From: Candidatus Pampinifervens sinense
GTDB taxonomy: Bacteria > Aquificota > Aquificia > Aquificales > Aquificaceae
Assembly (NCBI GenBank): GCA_037927135.1
Contig: JAXSPP010000001.1
Location: forward strand, 224,001 to 288,000
Direction of reading: 5' to 3'
DNA length: 64,000 bases
Shown here piece after piece: positions 31,383 through 42,136 of the stretch. Every line of letters starts with the position of its first letter. Positions within the stretch are counted from its first letter, which is position 1. The position numbers and the translations under genes were made by a program. Under the pieces are notes generated by a model. That model did not search any database. It saw only the letters and a list, made by a program, of their open reading frames with translations, and was not told where the DNA came from.

Positions 31383-32293
31383 TGTGAGAAGAGGAATTTA
31401 AGAAGGGCTTTTTGGGTGTGTAGCCTGTTCTCGGCCTGTGTGAATATAAAGTCCGCATGCGCCTCAAAGATATCCTCCGTTATCTCTTCCCCCTTTTTGG
31501 CAGGAAGGCAGTGCATGACTTTGACCTCGGGCCTTGCATGAGAAAGAAGGTTAGCATTTACCTGATAAGGCATTAAAGCCTGGATCTTTTCTTCATCTCT
31601 GTTTTGGTTCATGCTTACCCAGACATCCGTATACACCACATGGGCTTCCTTTACCGCCTCAATGGGGTTTGTGGTAAGGTATATGCTTCCGCCCGTTATC
31701 TTACAAAGGTCCTCCCCCGCCTGATAGTATAGACTGCTTGGCTCATAACCCTCAGGAGTGGCCACAAATAGGTTTAGGCCAAAGAGGCCTGCACCCACAA
31801 GCCAAGTGTTGCACACATTGTTCCCATCTCCCACATAAGCTATCTTTATGTTTCTTATATCTTCTCCAAAGACCTCATAAAGGGTAAAAACATCGCTCAG
31901 TATCTGACAGGGATGGGACATATCGGTAAGGGCGTTTATAACAGGAATGTCCGCATACTTGGCAAACTCCTCCAGCTTTTTATGAGAGTCTGTCCTTATG
32001 ATTATGCCGTCCAGATACCTTGATAAGGTTCTGGCCGTGTCCTTTAGGTCCTCTCCCCTTGCCACCTGTAGACTCTCCTCTTGTAAAAAGATGGCGTGGC
32101 CTCCAAGCTGGCATATGGCCACCTCAAAGGAAACCCTCGTCCTTGTAGAAGGCTTGGTAAAGTATAGGGCTAAGGTCCTTCCCTGTAGGTATTTTTCTTT
32201 ATCTCTTCCCTCCTTTATCTCCTTTGCCCATCTTATTATTTCCCAACCTTCCTCTGGGCTTATGTCCCAAAGGTCCACAAAGCTCCTTTTCAT
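31379..32293 (-). CDS. argF: Ornithine carbamoyltransferase
   Basis: STRTRVSFE, HPCQ, GDGNN, DVWVSM, HCLP, QAENR. Confidence 0.96.
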   Translation of the reverse strand: MKRSFVDLWDISPEEGWEIIRWAKEIKEGRDKEKYLQGRTLALYFTKPSTRTRVSFEVAICQLGGHAIFLQEESLQVARGEDLKDTARTLSRYLDGIIIRTDSHKKLEEFAKYADIPVINALTDMSHPCQILSDVFTLYEVFGEDIRNIKIAYVGDGNNVCNTWLVGAGLFGLNLFVATPEGYEPSSLYYQAGEDLCKITGGSIYLTTNPIEAVKEAHVVYTDVWVSMNQNRDEEKIQALMPYQVNANLLSHARPEVKVMHCLPAKKGEEITEDIFEAHADFIFTQAENRLHTQKALLKFLFSQ

Positions 32294-32298
32294 CTTAT

Positions 32299-32718
32299 CT
32301 ATTTTAGCATAGTGTAGTATTTTTTGTAATTTCTAAACACCCTCTCCACATAGGCACCATGGCCCTTGGCCTTGTTCCCTTTGTTGTAGCAATCTACGGC
32401 TACGGCTATGTTTGGGCTTTGGTCCAAGCATTTCCTTAACACCATGGCTCCAAAGTGTATGTTGTAGCAAGGCTCAAAGATCCACTCCTTTGGTATTTTG
32501 TACCTTTCAAGCCAGTAAGAGTTTATCTGCATGATGCCATAGTCCTTTGTGCCGTTTTTGTTCGTGTTTATGGCCTTTGGGTTAAAGCCACTTTCGCTCT
32601 TGGCTATGGCTATGAGAAGCAAAGGGTCCACCTTGTACCTTTCTCCCGCATCAAAAAAGCAATGATAAAAGGAAAAGGCATGAGAGGTAAGCAAAAGCAA
32701 GAAGATCAAAAATATCAT
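32299..32718 (-). CDS. Lytic transglycosylase (SLT domain), secreted
   Basis: IAKSESGFNP, DYGIMQINS, NIHFGA, YN. Confidence 0.88.
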   Translation of the reverse strand: MIFLIFLLLLTSHAFSFYHCFFDAGERYKVDPLLLIAIAKSESGFNPKAINTNKNGTKDYGIMQINSYWLERYKIPKEWIFEPCYNIHFGAMVLRKCLDQSPNIAVAVDCYNKGNKAKGHGAYVERVFRNYKKYYTMLK

Positions 32719-32751
32719 ATAATAATCATATCCTTTCTTTGGAGGTTCAAG

Positions 32752-33786
32752 ATGGAGAAAAACTGGAATGTGGGCACCGTTTATCTCAACGATAGGACAA
32801 GGATACTTGTTATGGGTATCACTGGAAGGGAGGCCTCACAGGTGGTGGCCGAGTCGGAGGCTCTATACCCGGGCTTTATAGTGGCTGGTGTGACACCGGG
32901 TAAGGGTGGCTCTGAAGTGGCGGGAAAGCCTGTGTATAACACGGTAAGGGAGGCCCTTGAGAAGCATCCGGAGATAAACACTGGATTGGTGTATGTGCCA
33001 CCGGCATCTGTGAAGGATGCGGTCATTGAACTTGTAGATGCAGGCATAAAGCTCATATACATAATCACCGAACATGTGCCCATAAGGGACACAGTTTATT
33101 TTTACCACTACGCAAAGGAAAGGGGTGTTATCATAGTAGGCCCCACATCCCTTGGTTGCATGATGCCTTGGATACCAGCAAGGATAGGGGCCATAGGCGG
33201 AAAGAACCCATCCATAGCCTACGAAAAAGGTGGCCTTGTAATCCTCTCCAAGTCTGGTGGCCTTACCACTACCACTGCGGAGATGTTCAAAAGAAGGGGT
33301 TGGGGCGTTTATATGGCCCTTGCCTTGGGTGGTGACGTGATCTCTTGTACCACCTTTGCGGATGCCTTAGAAAACATTGCAGATGATCCCAATGTAAAAG
33401 GTGTGATAATACAAGGTGAGGTGGGCGGTTCCTACGAGGAGAAGGCTGCGGAGACCATCTTGAGGCTTTGGAAAGAAGGAAGGTGGAACAAGCCAGTGGC
33501 TGCCTTTGTGGCCGGAAGGTTCCAAGAGAAGCTTGAGGGTGTGGCCTTTGGACATGCAGGCGCCATAGTGGAAAGGGGTAAAGGAAAGGCAACAGACAAG
33601 ATAAGGGCCTTTAACGAAGTTGGAAAGATCACAGGCCTTGTAAAGGTGGCCGAGTTCTACCACGACCTTGTGCATTGCATAGAGGAACTTGGAGTCCCAA
33701 GGGACTTTGAAGACACCACACCGGAAGGAAGGGTAAAGCCCCTATATTCTACCATTGACGAAGAGACTTGCCAGTTTAAAGGCTAA
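32752..33786 (+). CDS. ccsB: Citryl-CoA synthetase small subunit (SucD/ACL-alpha-like; reverse TCA)
   Basis: GITGRE, GVTPGKGG, SKSGGL, FGHAGA phospho-His; SD GGAGG at 32741-32745; next to acn/mdh/fumA. A divergent SucD is not excluded. Confidence 0.75.
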   Translation: MEKNWNVGTVYLNDRTRILVMGITGREASQVVAESEALYPGFIVAGVTPGKGGSEVAGKPVYNTVREALEKHPEINTGLVYVPPASVKDAVIELVDAGIKLIYIITEHVPIRDTVYFYHYAKERGVIIVGPTSLGCMMPWIPARIGAIGGKNPSIAYEKGGLVILSKSGGLTTTTAEMFKRRGWGVYMALALGGDVISCTTFADALENIADDPNVKGVIIQGEVGGSYEEKAAETILRLWKEGRWNKPVAAFVAGRFQEKLEGVAFGHAGAIVERGKGKATDKIRAFNEVGKITGLVKVAEFYHDLVHCIEELGVPRDFEDTTPEGRVKPLYSTIDEETCQFKG

Positions 33787-33796
33787 TAAAAAATAA

Positions 33797-33816
33797 GGGC
33801 TGGGCCTTCCCAGCCC
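33797..33816. terminator. Intrinsic terminator hairpin between convergent genes
   Basis: GGGCTGGG-cctt-CCCAGCCC with an A-tract on the left (U-tract for the minus strand). Confidence 0.8.
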
Positions 33817-33823
33817 AAAAGCT

Positions 33824-34561
33824 TTAAAACTCAAAGCCAGCCTCTACAAAAGGTCCTTTTAGCTTAACCTTAGATTTTACATCCGATACATCTATCTTAA
33901 GCTCTTGATACCTGTAGCCACCAGCCAAAAAGACATATTTTACAGGCTTTACCTTTAGCCTGCCGATTAGGTCATAATAGTGGTTGGAGCTATAGGCCAC
34001 ACCCCTTAGCTCACCCTCTATGCTAAGTAGATTGACAGGCCTTATCTGCAAGCCCGTGTATAGCATAGGGATTGGAACGGTCACACTTTTTGATTCTGAT
34101 TTATCATTCTGTTCTACCTTTGCATAAAGGTCCATGACCCTCACGTTTAGTCCAAGCTCTGCGGAAAGCACTCCATTTGTTAGCTTCTTTAGGCCGGGTA
34201 TTCCATAATAAAGGGCTATATCATAGTGGTCAAGCCTTGTTTTAGAGTAGAAATCTACACCCCCTTGAAATTGTTCACCACCAAAGGTAAATTCAACATC
34301 CTTTCTACCTATAGCCTCAAACCTGCTGGGTGTTGCCATAAGGTATATGTTGGGCAGAATAGAAGGCATATCAATCTTTAGCCTGCTCATGGGCCTTGTC
34401 TTTTTGCCATACCTTAGGTCGCCATCCACATCAATCCTGTCTCCCTTGTAGCTTATGTAGCCTCCCGGGTCTTGGTTCCACACTCCAATGCTGCCCTCCA
34501 CACCGATGGCAAAGCTAAAGGCAGGCAAAAGGACAGCTGAAGTTAAAAGGAGTTTTTTCAT
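33824..34561 (-). CDS. Outer-membrane beta-barrel protein (TIGR04219-like)
   Basis: Signal peptide, P.ILPNI, HYDIALYY, PIPMLY, GYRY, C-terminal GPFVEAGFEF; SD GGAGG before ATG 34561. Confidence 0.8.
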   Translation of the reverse strand: MKKLLLTSAVLLPAFSFAIGVEGSIGVWNQDPGGYISYKGDRIDVDGDLRYGKKTRPMSRLKIDMPSILPNIYLMATPSRFEAIGRKDVEFTFGGEQFQGGVDFYSKTRLDHYDIALYYGIPGLKKLTNGVLSAELGLNVRVMDLYAKVEQNDKSESKSVTVPIPMLYTGLQIRPVNLLSIEGELRGVAYSSNHYYDLIGRLKVKPVKYVFLAGGYRYQELKIDVSDVKSKVKLKGPFVEAGFEF

Positions 34562-34600
34562 GGAACGCACCTCCCTAAATTTTTGTTGCCAGATATTATA

Positions 34601-34693
34601 TCAAAGCCTTTCCCGCATCAGCCTAAAAGCCAGACCGCTTAAGAAGATCACCGTTATGAGGCCTATAAAAGCCAATATGAGTATATACTTCAT
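34601..34693 (-). CDS. 30-aa single-TM protein (below ORF-track cutoff)
   Basis: MKYILILAFIGLITVIFLSGLAFRLMRERL*, ATGA overlap with the fumA stop. Confidence 0.55.
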   Translation of the reverse strand: MKYILILAFIGLITVIFLSGLAFRLMRERL

Positions 34694-35535
34694 AGCTCTA
34701 TCTCTGCATGTCTGTTGGCATGGCATTGAATGTTGACAGCTACCGGCAAGGAAGCTATATGACATGGGTATAGCTCCACCTTTACATCCACAGCGGTCAC
34801 CGTTCCTCCAAAGCCCATAGGACCCCAGCCTATCTTGTTTATCTCCTCTATCAGCTCCTCCTCTATCCTCCTTGCCACTGGATCTTTGCTCCTTTCTCCT
34901 ATAGGTCTTAACAGGGCCCTCTTGGCAAGAAGGGCGCAGTATTCAAAGGTTCCACCTATGCCCACACCCACCGTAAAAGGCGGGCAGGCATTGGGACCTG
35001 CCAGTTTTACCGTCTCAAGTATAAACCTCTTTACACCTTCCCAGCCATCCGCGGGCTTTAGCATGGCAAGGCGCGATGTGTTTTCTGATCCAGCACCCTT
35101 TGGTGCAAAGATAAGCCTTAGCTTGTCTCCCGGCACAACCCTGTAGTGTATAACTGCTGGCGTGTTGTCCTTTGTATTCTTCCTCTCAAAGACTGGGTCA
35201 TAGACCATAGAAGCCCTAAGGTAGCCCTCCGTGTATGCCCTTCTCACACCTTCGTTTATGGCATCCTCTAAGGAACCACCTACCACATGCACATCCTGAC
35301 CTATATCCACAAAGACCACAGCCACACCCGTATCCTGACAGTAGGCCATCTGTTCCTCTCTTGCAGCTTTTATGTTCAAAAGGATCTGCTGCAAGACTTC
35401 CCTTCCCAGTTCTGACTCCTCTCTTTTTAGGGCGCTCTGATAGGCAAGCTCCACATCCTCCGGAAGCTCATAGTTTGCCTTTATGGCTATTTTTTTTACT
35501 GCCTCTACTATCTGTTCATAGTGTATTTCTCGCAT
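34690..35535 (-). CDS. fumA: Class I fumarate hydratase, alpha subunit
   Basis: CQDTG, KGAGSEN, ACPP, GIGG, HIASLPVAVNIQCHANRH. Confidence 0.92.
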   Translation of the reverse strand: MREIHYEQIVEAVKKIAIKANYELPEDVELAYQSALKREESELGREVLQQILLNIKAAREEQMAYCQDTGVAVVFVDIGQDVHVVGGSLEDAINEGVRRAYTEGYLRASMVYDPVFERKNTKDNTPAVIHYRVVPGDKLRLIFAPKGAGSENTSRLAMLKPADGWEGVKRFILETVKLAGPNACPPFTVGVGIGGTFEYCALLAKRALLRPIGERSKDPVARRIEEELIEEINKIGWGPMGFGGTVTAVDVKVELYPCHIASLPVAVNIQCHANRHAEIEL

Positions 35536-36520
35536 TTAAAAGCTCCTCCACAAGGGCTATGTTTTTTCTTACGGACTCTACAGACCTTTTCCACATCTGG
35601 CGTTCCTCTTCTATCATGGGTATTTTAATTATCTCCTCCACTCCGCAGTTTCCAAGCTTTACTGGCACACCTACACAAAGGCCCTCTGCCTCGTAGTATT
35701 GTCCCACCTCTCCTTCTAGATAGACCGAACATGGAAGTATTCTCTTGTTGTCTGTCACTATGGCCTCTACCATCTGCACTATGGAAGCGGCTGGGGCATG
35801 GTAGGCCGATGTGCCCATAAGGTCCACTATCTCTCCACCACCAAACTGGGTCCTCTTTATAAGCTCCTGTATTTTATCCTTTGGTAGCATATCCTTTAAA
35901 GGTATGCCTCCCACGTTGGAAATGGATATGAGCGGGACCATCTCATCACCATGACCACCTATCACATAGGCGTGTATATCCATGGGTGATACCTTAATCT
36001 CTCTTGATATAAAGGTCTTAAAACGGGCAGAGTCCAAAACGCCAGCCATACCCATTACTCTGTTCTTTTCAAAGCCCAAGATTCTATAGACCGCATAGGT
36101 CATAAGGTCCACAGGGTTTGTAACCACTATCACTATAGCCTCCGGCGCATATTCTTTTATCTTGTTTGCTATAAGAGAGAGGATGGACAGGTTCTTTTCA
36201 AGAAGGTCCTCTCTGGACATGCCCGGCCTTCTTGGAAAGCCAGCCGTTATCACCACTATATCGCTACCCTTTAGGGCCTCATAGCCCTCTCCCTCCGGGC
36301 TGACCGTATAGCCCTCCACCTTTCCATCAATGTTTAGTGCTGAAAGCATCTGTTGGATGTCAAGGGCTTTGCCCTTTACAGGTTCTATTATCCTTTCACC
36401 ATCCTTTTTGGGAAGGTCAAACATGCGTACATCCACAAGCCCCCTCAAGGCCAAAAGGCTGGCCGTATGCTCCCCCACGTTACCCGCACCTATTACAGAG
36501 ACCACTTTACGCATCTTCAT
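35516..36520 (-). CDS. mdh: Malate dehydrogenase (LDH-like)
   Basis: IGAGNVG, TAGFPRRPGMSREDL, NPVD, LDSARF, GGHGD. Confidence 0.95.
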   Translation of the reverse strand: MKMRKVVSVIGAGNVGEHTASLLALRGLVDVRMFDLPKKDGERIIEPVKGKALDIQQMLSALNIDGKVEGYTVSPEGEGYEALKGSDIVVITAGFPRRPGMSREDLLEKNLSILSLIANKIKEYAPEAIVIVVTNPVDLMTYAVYRILGFEKNRVMGMAGVLDSARFKTFISREIKVSPMDIHAYVIGGHGDEMVPLISISNVGGIPLKDMLPKDKIQELIKRTQFGGGEIVDLMGTSAYHAPAASIVQMVEAIVTDNKRILPCSVYLEGEVGQYYEAEGLCVGVPVKLGNCGVEEIIKIPMIEEERQMWKRSVESVRKNIALVEELLNARNTL

Positions 36521-36523
36521 AGT

Positions 36524-38500
36524 TTATACCTCCACTTTTTGCTTCTTCTTTATCCAGTTCAAAAGACCACCAGCCAAAAGGACGGATATCTGCTTGGGAG
36601 TAAGGTTATACTTGCAAACTATCTCTTCCCCTGTGGTCTTGTTTATCACCACCACCTCCTTTCCAGCCTTTAGCCTTTCTATAATATCCGGTATCTCTAT
36701 CTCATCGCCCAAGGAGAACTTGTTGTAGTCCTCCTTATCCACAAACTCAAGGGGCACTATGCCAAAGTTTACAAGGTTGGCATGGTGAATTCGGGCAAAG
36801 GACTTGGCAATGACCGCACGCACACCGAGGAACCTTGGGGCCAAGGCCGCATGCTCCCTTGAAGAGCCTTGTCCATAGTTTTCACCACCTATGATGATGT
36901 TGGCCTTGCCCTTCTCATCCCTTATCCTTTTGGCCCTTGAGACAAAATCTGGATCCACATAGTGATAAACGTATTCGCTTATGGCGTAGATGTTGGACCT
37001 AAGGGGTAGGATTTTGGCTCCCGCTGGCATAATGTGGTCTGTAGTGATGTTATCGCCCACTATTAGGCTAACTTCTCCAGAGATGCTTTCTGGCAATTCG
37101 TCAAACTCGGGCAGGGGCCTTATGTTGGGACCTCTGTATATCTCCACCTTTTTCGCTTCTTCCTCCGGCAGCGGTGGTATAAAGGCCTCATCACCATATG
37201 GGAACCTTTCGGGCATCTCCACCTTTATCCACTTTATTCCTTCCCTCTCTGCCAGCTTCCTTGGGTCTATGATCTCTCCCGCTATGGCCGCGGCCACACA
37301 GACCTCTGGGGAGGCCAGGTAGACTTTGGCATCGGGTGTTCCAGACCTTCCTTCAAAGTTTCGGTTGAAGCTGCGCAAAGAGACACCACCGCTAGGTGGT
37401 GCAAAGCCCATGCCTATACAAGGCCCACAGGCGCTTTCAAGGATTCTGGCTCCAGCCTTCAAAAAGTCAAGCAAAATACCGTTCTGTGTTATAAGCTCTA
37501 GGGCCTGTTTTGAACCTGGTGCTACCGCAAAGATCACATCGGGATGCACCTTTTTACCTTTCAGCATGGTGCCCGCGCGTATGAGATCCACAAAGGAGGA
37601 GTTGGTGCAAGAGCCAATGACCACCTGATCCACCTTTATGCCCTCTACCTCTCTTACAGGCACCACATTGTCGGGAGAGTGGGGGCAGGCTATCAAAGGC
37701 TCAAGCTCAGAGAGGTTTATCTCAATGATCTCATCGTACTCCGCATCCGGGTCTGGAAGTAGCTCTATCCAATCCTCCTCCCTTCCCTGTGCCTTGAGGT
37801 ATGCCCTTGTTATCTCATCGGAAGGGAAGATAGAAGTGGTGGCTCCAAGCTCTGCACCCATGTTGGTTATGGTGGCCCTCTCTGGCACAGATAGCTCCTT
37901 TATACCTTCTCCAAAGTATTCAAATATCTTTCCTACACCACCCTTTACCGTTAGCCTTCTTAGAAGTTCAAGGATTATATCCTTTGCGGTCACCCATGGC
38001 GGAAGCTTGCCAGTTAGCTTTACACCCACTATCTTTGGCATCTTAAGGTAAAAAGGTTCTCCAGCCATTGCGGCGGCCACATCAAGGCCACCAGCTCCTA
38101 TGGCCAGCATGCCTATACCACCGGAGGTGGGTGTATGAGAATCGGAACCCAAAAGGGTCTTTCCGGGCTTTGCAAACCTTTCCAAATGCACCTGATGGCA
38201 TATACCATTGCCAGGCTTTGAAAGCCAAATGCCATACCTTTTGGCAATGCTCATAAGGTATTTATGATCATCGGGGTTTTTAAAGTCCGTTTGAAGCATG
38301 TTGTGGTCTATGTAGCTAACAGAGAGCTCCGTCTTTACCCTATCTACGCCCATGGCCTCAAACTGCAAATAGGCCATGGTTCCAGTGGCATCTTGGGTAA
38401 GGGTCTGGTCTATCTTTATGGCTATCTCCTCTCCTGGCACAAGCCTTCCGCTAACAAGATGCTCTTTAAGTATCTTATAAGCTACCGTTCCTTTTGCCAT
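36524..38500 (-). CDS. Aconitate hydratase
   Basis: QDATG, DHN, GICHQ, DSHT, GSCTN, CGPCIG, NRNFEGR, TTDHI, GSSREHAA. Confidence 0.95.
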   Translation of the reverse strand: MAKGTVAYKILKEHLVSGRLVPGEEIAIKIDQTLTQDATGTMAYLQFEAMGVDRVKTELSVSYIDHNMLQTDFKNPDDHKYLMSIAKRYGIWLSKPGNGICHQVHLERFAKPGKTLLGSDSHTPTSGGIGMLAIGAGGLDVAAAMAGEPFYLKMPKIVGVKLTGKLPPWVTAKDIILELLRRLTVKGGVGKIFEYFGEGIKELSVPERATITNMGAELGATTSIFPSDEITRAYLKAQGREEDWIELLPDPDAEYDEIIEINLSELEPLIACPHSPDNVVPVREVEGIKVDQVVIGSCTNSSFVDLIRAGTMLKGKKVHPDVIFAVAPGSKQALELITQNGILLDFLKAGARILESACGPCIGMGFAPPSGGVSLRSFNRNFEGRSGTPDAKVYLASPEVCVAAAIAGEIIDPRKLAEREGIKWIKVEMPERFPYGDEAFIPPLPEEEAKKVEIYRGPNIRPLPEFDELPESISGEVSLIVGDNITTDHIMPAGAKILPLRSNIYAISEYVYHYVDPDFVSRAKRIRDEKGKANIIIGGENYGQGSSREHAALAPRFLGVRAVIAKSFARIHHANLVNFGIVPLEFVDKEDYNKFSLGDEIEIPDIIERLKAGKEVVVINKTTGEEIVCKYNLTPKQISVLLAGGLLNWIKKKQKVEV

Positions 38501-38548
38501 GCGGACCTCCTTTCAAAAAGTTATGATTTATATTATAGCCTTAGGAAG

Positions 38549-38785
38549 ATGTTAAAAGAAAGGCTCAAAAGGATAGAAAGGTTGGCCCTTGACCCTTTTA
38601 ACCCGGAGGCCTTAAAGGTAGAACTGGAAAAGCTCATGGAAGATATTCCCTCCATGAAGAGGGAGGAGCTAGAGGAGCTAAGAGATTTCCTACACACTTT
38701 GAAAAAGAGGCTTGAGGAGAACTACACCATATGCTTTGGCTGGGTGGAAAAGGCTTTGAAAGAGGGCTTCAGAAGAGAAGCATGA
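38549..38785 (+). CDS. Small helical hypothetical protein (78 aa)
   Basis: Start MLKERLKRIE at 38549; ATGA overlap with the next gene. Confidence 0.65.
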   Translation: MLKERLKRIERLALDPFNPEALKVELEKLMEDIPSMKREELEELRDFLHTLKKRLEENYTICFGWVEKALKEGFRREA

Positions 38786-39912
38786 TAGCCCTTTTTGTGC
38801 TCTTCCTTTTTAACCTTGTCTATGCTCTCAACGTGCCGCTTATAAACCAGCAGTCCTACGCTCTCATTGACCATATGAAAAGGATTGAAGACTTTCCCCA
38901 AGTGCTGGAGGGCAAAAGGGTAAAGGATTGGATAAGGGAGGATGAGCTACCTAAAGGGAAGCTTTTTATAAATGACAGGGAGCTTAAAAATGAGGACCTT
39001 TTGACCCTTATGGAAAAAACAAACCTTGAAAGCATACCAGACCTTGTGCCTGTAAAGTTTGGATGGACGCTAAAAAGGACCAACATGCGCATGTATCCAA
39101 GCCAAGACATTATCCACAAAGGGAACCCAGCCATAGACTACAACCAATACACCCTCCTTGAGCCCTTCACACCCCTTGCCATACTCCATAGTTCAAAGGA
39201 TGGAGAGTGGCTTTATGTGCATGCACCCTATATGAGGGGTTGGGTAAGGAAGGAAGATGTTCTTGTAAGAAGCAGGGAGGAACTTCTAAAAATCATAAGA
39301 ATGCCCTTCCTTGTGGTTGTGAAAAATAAAGTGGAGATAGGTGGCTTTGTCTTTGGCCTTGGCTCCAAAATACCCTATGTGGAGAAGGGGAAGGAAGGCT
39401 ACAAGGTGATGCTTCCAGATTTAAGAACCCTATGGATAAAAAAGGAAGAGGGCCTTTCAGAGGGCTTTTTAAACTTCAGCGAAGAGAGGGCAAGGTACAT
39501 TCTTGAAGGCCTTCTTGGCATACCTTACGACTGGGGTGGAAAGGAGGGAAGGTGGGACTGCTCTTCCCTTGTGCAAAGCCTTTATGCAGTCTTTGGCCTT
39601 GAACTTCCAAGAAACTCAGCTCAGCAGGCAAAGATAGGAAGAGTGGTGACCAAAAGCTTTTCCTCTTATGAGGAATTTAAAAGCCTTTTAAAAAGTCTTC
39701 CACCTTTTAGGACGCTTATATTCATGAAGGGCCATGTGATGATATACGGCGGTATGGAAGGGGGAGAACCTGTTATCTACCATGCGGTCCACAGCATCAC
39801 CCAAGAGGATGGCAAAAGGAATCATATAGGCGCCATAGCCAAGAACTACCTTGAAAGGCACAGGCTAAGAAATATTTACAGGTCTGTGGTGAGCGTGAAT
39901 GTGCTAGATTAG
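38782..39912 (+). CDS. SH3-domain NlpC/P60 peptidoglycan endopeptidase
   Basis: Signal peptide, LHSSKDGEW...GWV, PYDWGG...DCSS...LPRNS, GHVMIY. Confidence 0.88.
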   Translation: MIALFVLFLFNLVYALNVPLINQQSYALIDHMKRIEDFPQVLEGKRVKDWIREDELPKGKLFINDRELKNEDLLTLMEKTNLESIPDLVPVKFGWTLKRTNMRMYPSQDIIHKGNPAIDYNQYTLLEPFTPLAILHSSKDGEWLYVHAPYMRGWVRKEDVLVRSREELLKIIRMPFLVVVKNKVEIGGFVFGLGSKIPYVEKGKEGYKVMLPDLRTLWIKKEEGLSEGFLNFSEERARYILEGLLGIPYDWGGKEGRWDCSSLVQSLYAVFGLELPRNSAQQAKIGRVVTKSFSSYEEFKSLLKSLPPFRTLIFMKGHVMIYGGMEGGEPVIYHAVHSITQEDGKRNHIGAIAKNYLERHRLRNIYRSVVSVNVLD

Positions 39913-41291
39913 AACTCTATTACCTCTCCCTCCTCTGGTATGTGCCAATGGAGGCCAAGCTCATTCTTTATGGCCTCACCGAAAACCTTCATCTTCTCCT
40001 CCTCTCCATGTATGAGGAAGACCTTTTTGGGCCTTTGGGTAAAGGAGAGCCACTCTAAAAGGCCCCTTTGGTCCGCATGGGAAGAAAAGCCGTTTATGGT
40101 AAAGACTTTTGCCCTCACGTTTATCTCTTCCGAGAATATCCTTACCGTTTGAGCCCCTTCTATGATCTTCCTTCCGAGGGTGCCCTTTGGCTGGTAGCCC
40201 ACAAAGACTATGGAACACTCCTCCCTCCAGAGGTTGTATTTGAGATGATGTAAAACCCTCCCACCGTTTAGCATGCCAGACCCTGCGATTATTATGGCAC
40301 CAGAGCTTATGGAGTTTATGGCCTTTGACTCCTCTACATCCTTTGTATAGATAAGGTTTGGAAGTTCAAAGGGATTCTTCTCAAGGAAGACCCTATAGGT
40401 CTCTTCATCATAAAACTCTGGATGGGAAGTGAAAAGCCTTGTTATGCTTATGGCCAAGGGACTATCAAGGAATATTTGGCACCTGGGTAGCTTTCCCTCC
40501 TCATAAAACTCCCTCAAAACGTAGAGTATCTCTTGGGCCCTCTCAAGGGCGTAGGAGGGTATGATGAGGTTGCCACCCCTTCCTATGGTGTATCTTATGG
40601 CCTCAAGAAGCTCCTGCTTGGACTCTTCAAAGCTCTTGTGGTTCCTGTCTCCGTAAGTGCTCTCTATAAAGACATAGTCGGCAGGTGATGGACTTTCTGG
40701 ATCTCTCACTATGGGCTTGTTCTTGTTGCCAAGGTCTCCAGAGAAGATGACCCTTTTGGGCCTGTTGTCCTCGTATACATCAAGCTCCACAAAGGCAGAC
40801 CCTAATATATGCCCCGCATCCCTCAGCCTCAGCACCACGCCCTTTGAGAGCCTGTAGTCCTTGTTGTAAGGAAGCCTTATTTTGAAAAGCTCTGTGGCTT
40901 CAAGGACATCATACTCTTCGTAGAGTGGCTCCCTTGGCACCTTGCCCGTCCTTGCAAGCTTTTTCAAAAGGGTCTTGTAGTTTTCATACATAACCTTGCT
41001 TGCATCCAAAAGCATAAGTCTTGAGAGTTTGGCCGTAGGCTCTGTGCATATGATCTTCCCTTTAAAGCCCTCCCTTACAAGCAAGGGTATCCTTCCACAG
41101 TGGTCTATGTGGGCATGGGTAAGCACTAAGTAGTCTATCTTTTTGGGGTCAAAGGGAAAGGGCTCGTAGTTTTTCTCCTCGTCCTCCCCCTGAAACATGC
41201 CACAGTCTATAAGAAGCCTTACATCCCTCACCTCCACATAAAAACAGCTACCCGTCACCCTTTTGGCACCACCGTAGGGTATTACCTTCAT
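39909..41291 (-). CDS. MBL-fold beta-CASP ribonuclease
   Basis: [44 protein letters not shown]. Confidence 0.92.
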   Translation of the reverse strand: MKVIPYGGAKRVTGSCFYVEVRDVRLLIDCGMFQGEDEEKNYEPFPFDPKKIDYLVLTHAHIDHCGRIPLLVREGFKGKIICTEPTAKLSRLMLLDASKVMYENYKTLLKKLARTGKVPREPLYEEYDVLEATELFKIRLPYNKDYRLSKGVVLRLRDAGHILGSAFVELDVYEDNRPKRVIFSGDLGNKNKPIVRDPESPSPADYVFIESTYGDRNHKSFEESKQELLEAIRYTIGRGGNLIIPSYALERAQEILYVLREFYEEGKLPRCQIFLDSPLAISITRLFTSHPEFYDEETYRVFLEKNPFELPNLIYTKDVEESKAINSISSGAIIIAGSGMLNGGRVLHHLKYNLWREECSIVFVGYQPKGTLGRKIIEGAQTVRIFSEEINVRAKVFTINGFSSHADQRGLLEWLSFTQRPKKVFLIHGEEEKMKVFGEAIKNELGLHWHIPEEGEVIEF

Positions 41292-42130
41292 GCCAAGGTT
41301 TCTAAATACATCTTTGCTATCCTTTGGGCCAAGGTGTTCATCCTCCTTATGTACCTTGCCCTCTCTTGCACCGATATTACACCCCTTGCATCAAGCAGGT
41401 TAAAGGTATGAGAACACTTAAGAAGATAGTCGTAAGCTGGTAGCACAAGCCCCTCCTCCAAAAGCCTCTTTGTCTCCTTTTCATACATCTCGTATAGTTC
41501 AAAGAGCATCTTGGGGTCTGACTTTTCAAAGTTATACACGCTCCACTGGTATTCTGAGACTTTGAAAACATCGCCGTAGGTTAGCCACTGGTTCCACTTT
41601 ATATCAAAGACGCTGTCCACATCTTGTAAATACATGGCTATCCTCTCAAGGCCGTAGGTGATCTCTACCGATATCTCCTCAAGGTCAAGGCCTCCGGCCT
41701 GCTGGAAGTAGGTAAACTGGGTTATCTCCATGCCGTCAAGCCAAACCTCCCACCCAAGACCCCAAGCACCAAGGGTAGGAGACTCCCAATCATCCTCCAC
41801 AAACCTGATATCATGCTCCCTTGGGTCTATGCCAAGGGCCTTAAGGCTCTCTAAGTATATCTCCTGAGGGTTTTCTGGTGCGGGCTTTAGGATCACCTGA
41901 AATTGAAAGTAGTGCTGTAGCCTGTTTGGGTTCTCCCCATACCTTCCATCCTTGGGCCTCCTTGATGGTTCCACGTAGGCCACATTCCAAGGCTTTTTCC
42001 CAAGCACCTTTAAAAAGGTGGCTGGGTTCATCGTTCCTGCGCCCGTCTCTATATCGTAGGGTTGCCAGATGGCACAGCCCCTCTCTGCCCAAAACTTGTG
42101 CAAGGCCATTATAAGGTCCTGGAAGTACAT
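41288..42130 (-). CDS. glyQ: Glycine-tRNA ligase alpha subunit
   Basis: [30 protein letters not shown]. Confidence 0.97.
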   Translation of the reverse strand: MYFQDLIMALHKFWAERGCAIWQPYDIETGAGTMNPATFLKVLGKKPWNVAYVEPSRRPKDGRYGENPNRLQHYFQFQVILKPAPENPQEIYLESLKALGIDPREHDIRFVEDDWESPTLGAWGLGWEVWLDGMEITQFTYFQQAGGLDLEEISVEITYGLERIAMYLQDVDSVFDIKWNQWLTYGDVFKVSEYQWSVYNFEKSDPKMLFELYEMYEKETKRLLEEGLVLPAYDYLLKCSHTFNLLDARGVISVQERARYIRRMNTLAQRIAKMYLETLA

Positions 42131-42136
42131 GGAAAA

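Noticed and set aside
32455-32751. N-terminal extensions given by the ORF track for ccsB (also 38264, 42748, 9624, 26492, 25006, 62018)
   Set aside because: They overlap real neighbouring genes; downstream ATGs have SD, -10 or stop-overlap support
38549-38785. Possible FlgN/FliT-like flagellar chaperone
   Set aside because: Only a generic helical resemblance; no flagellar genes nearby
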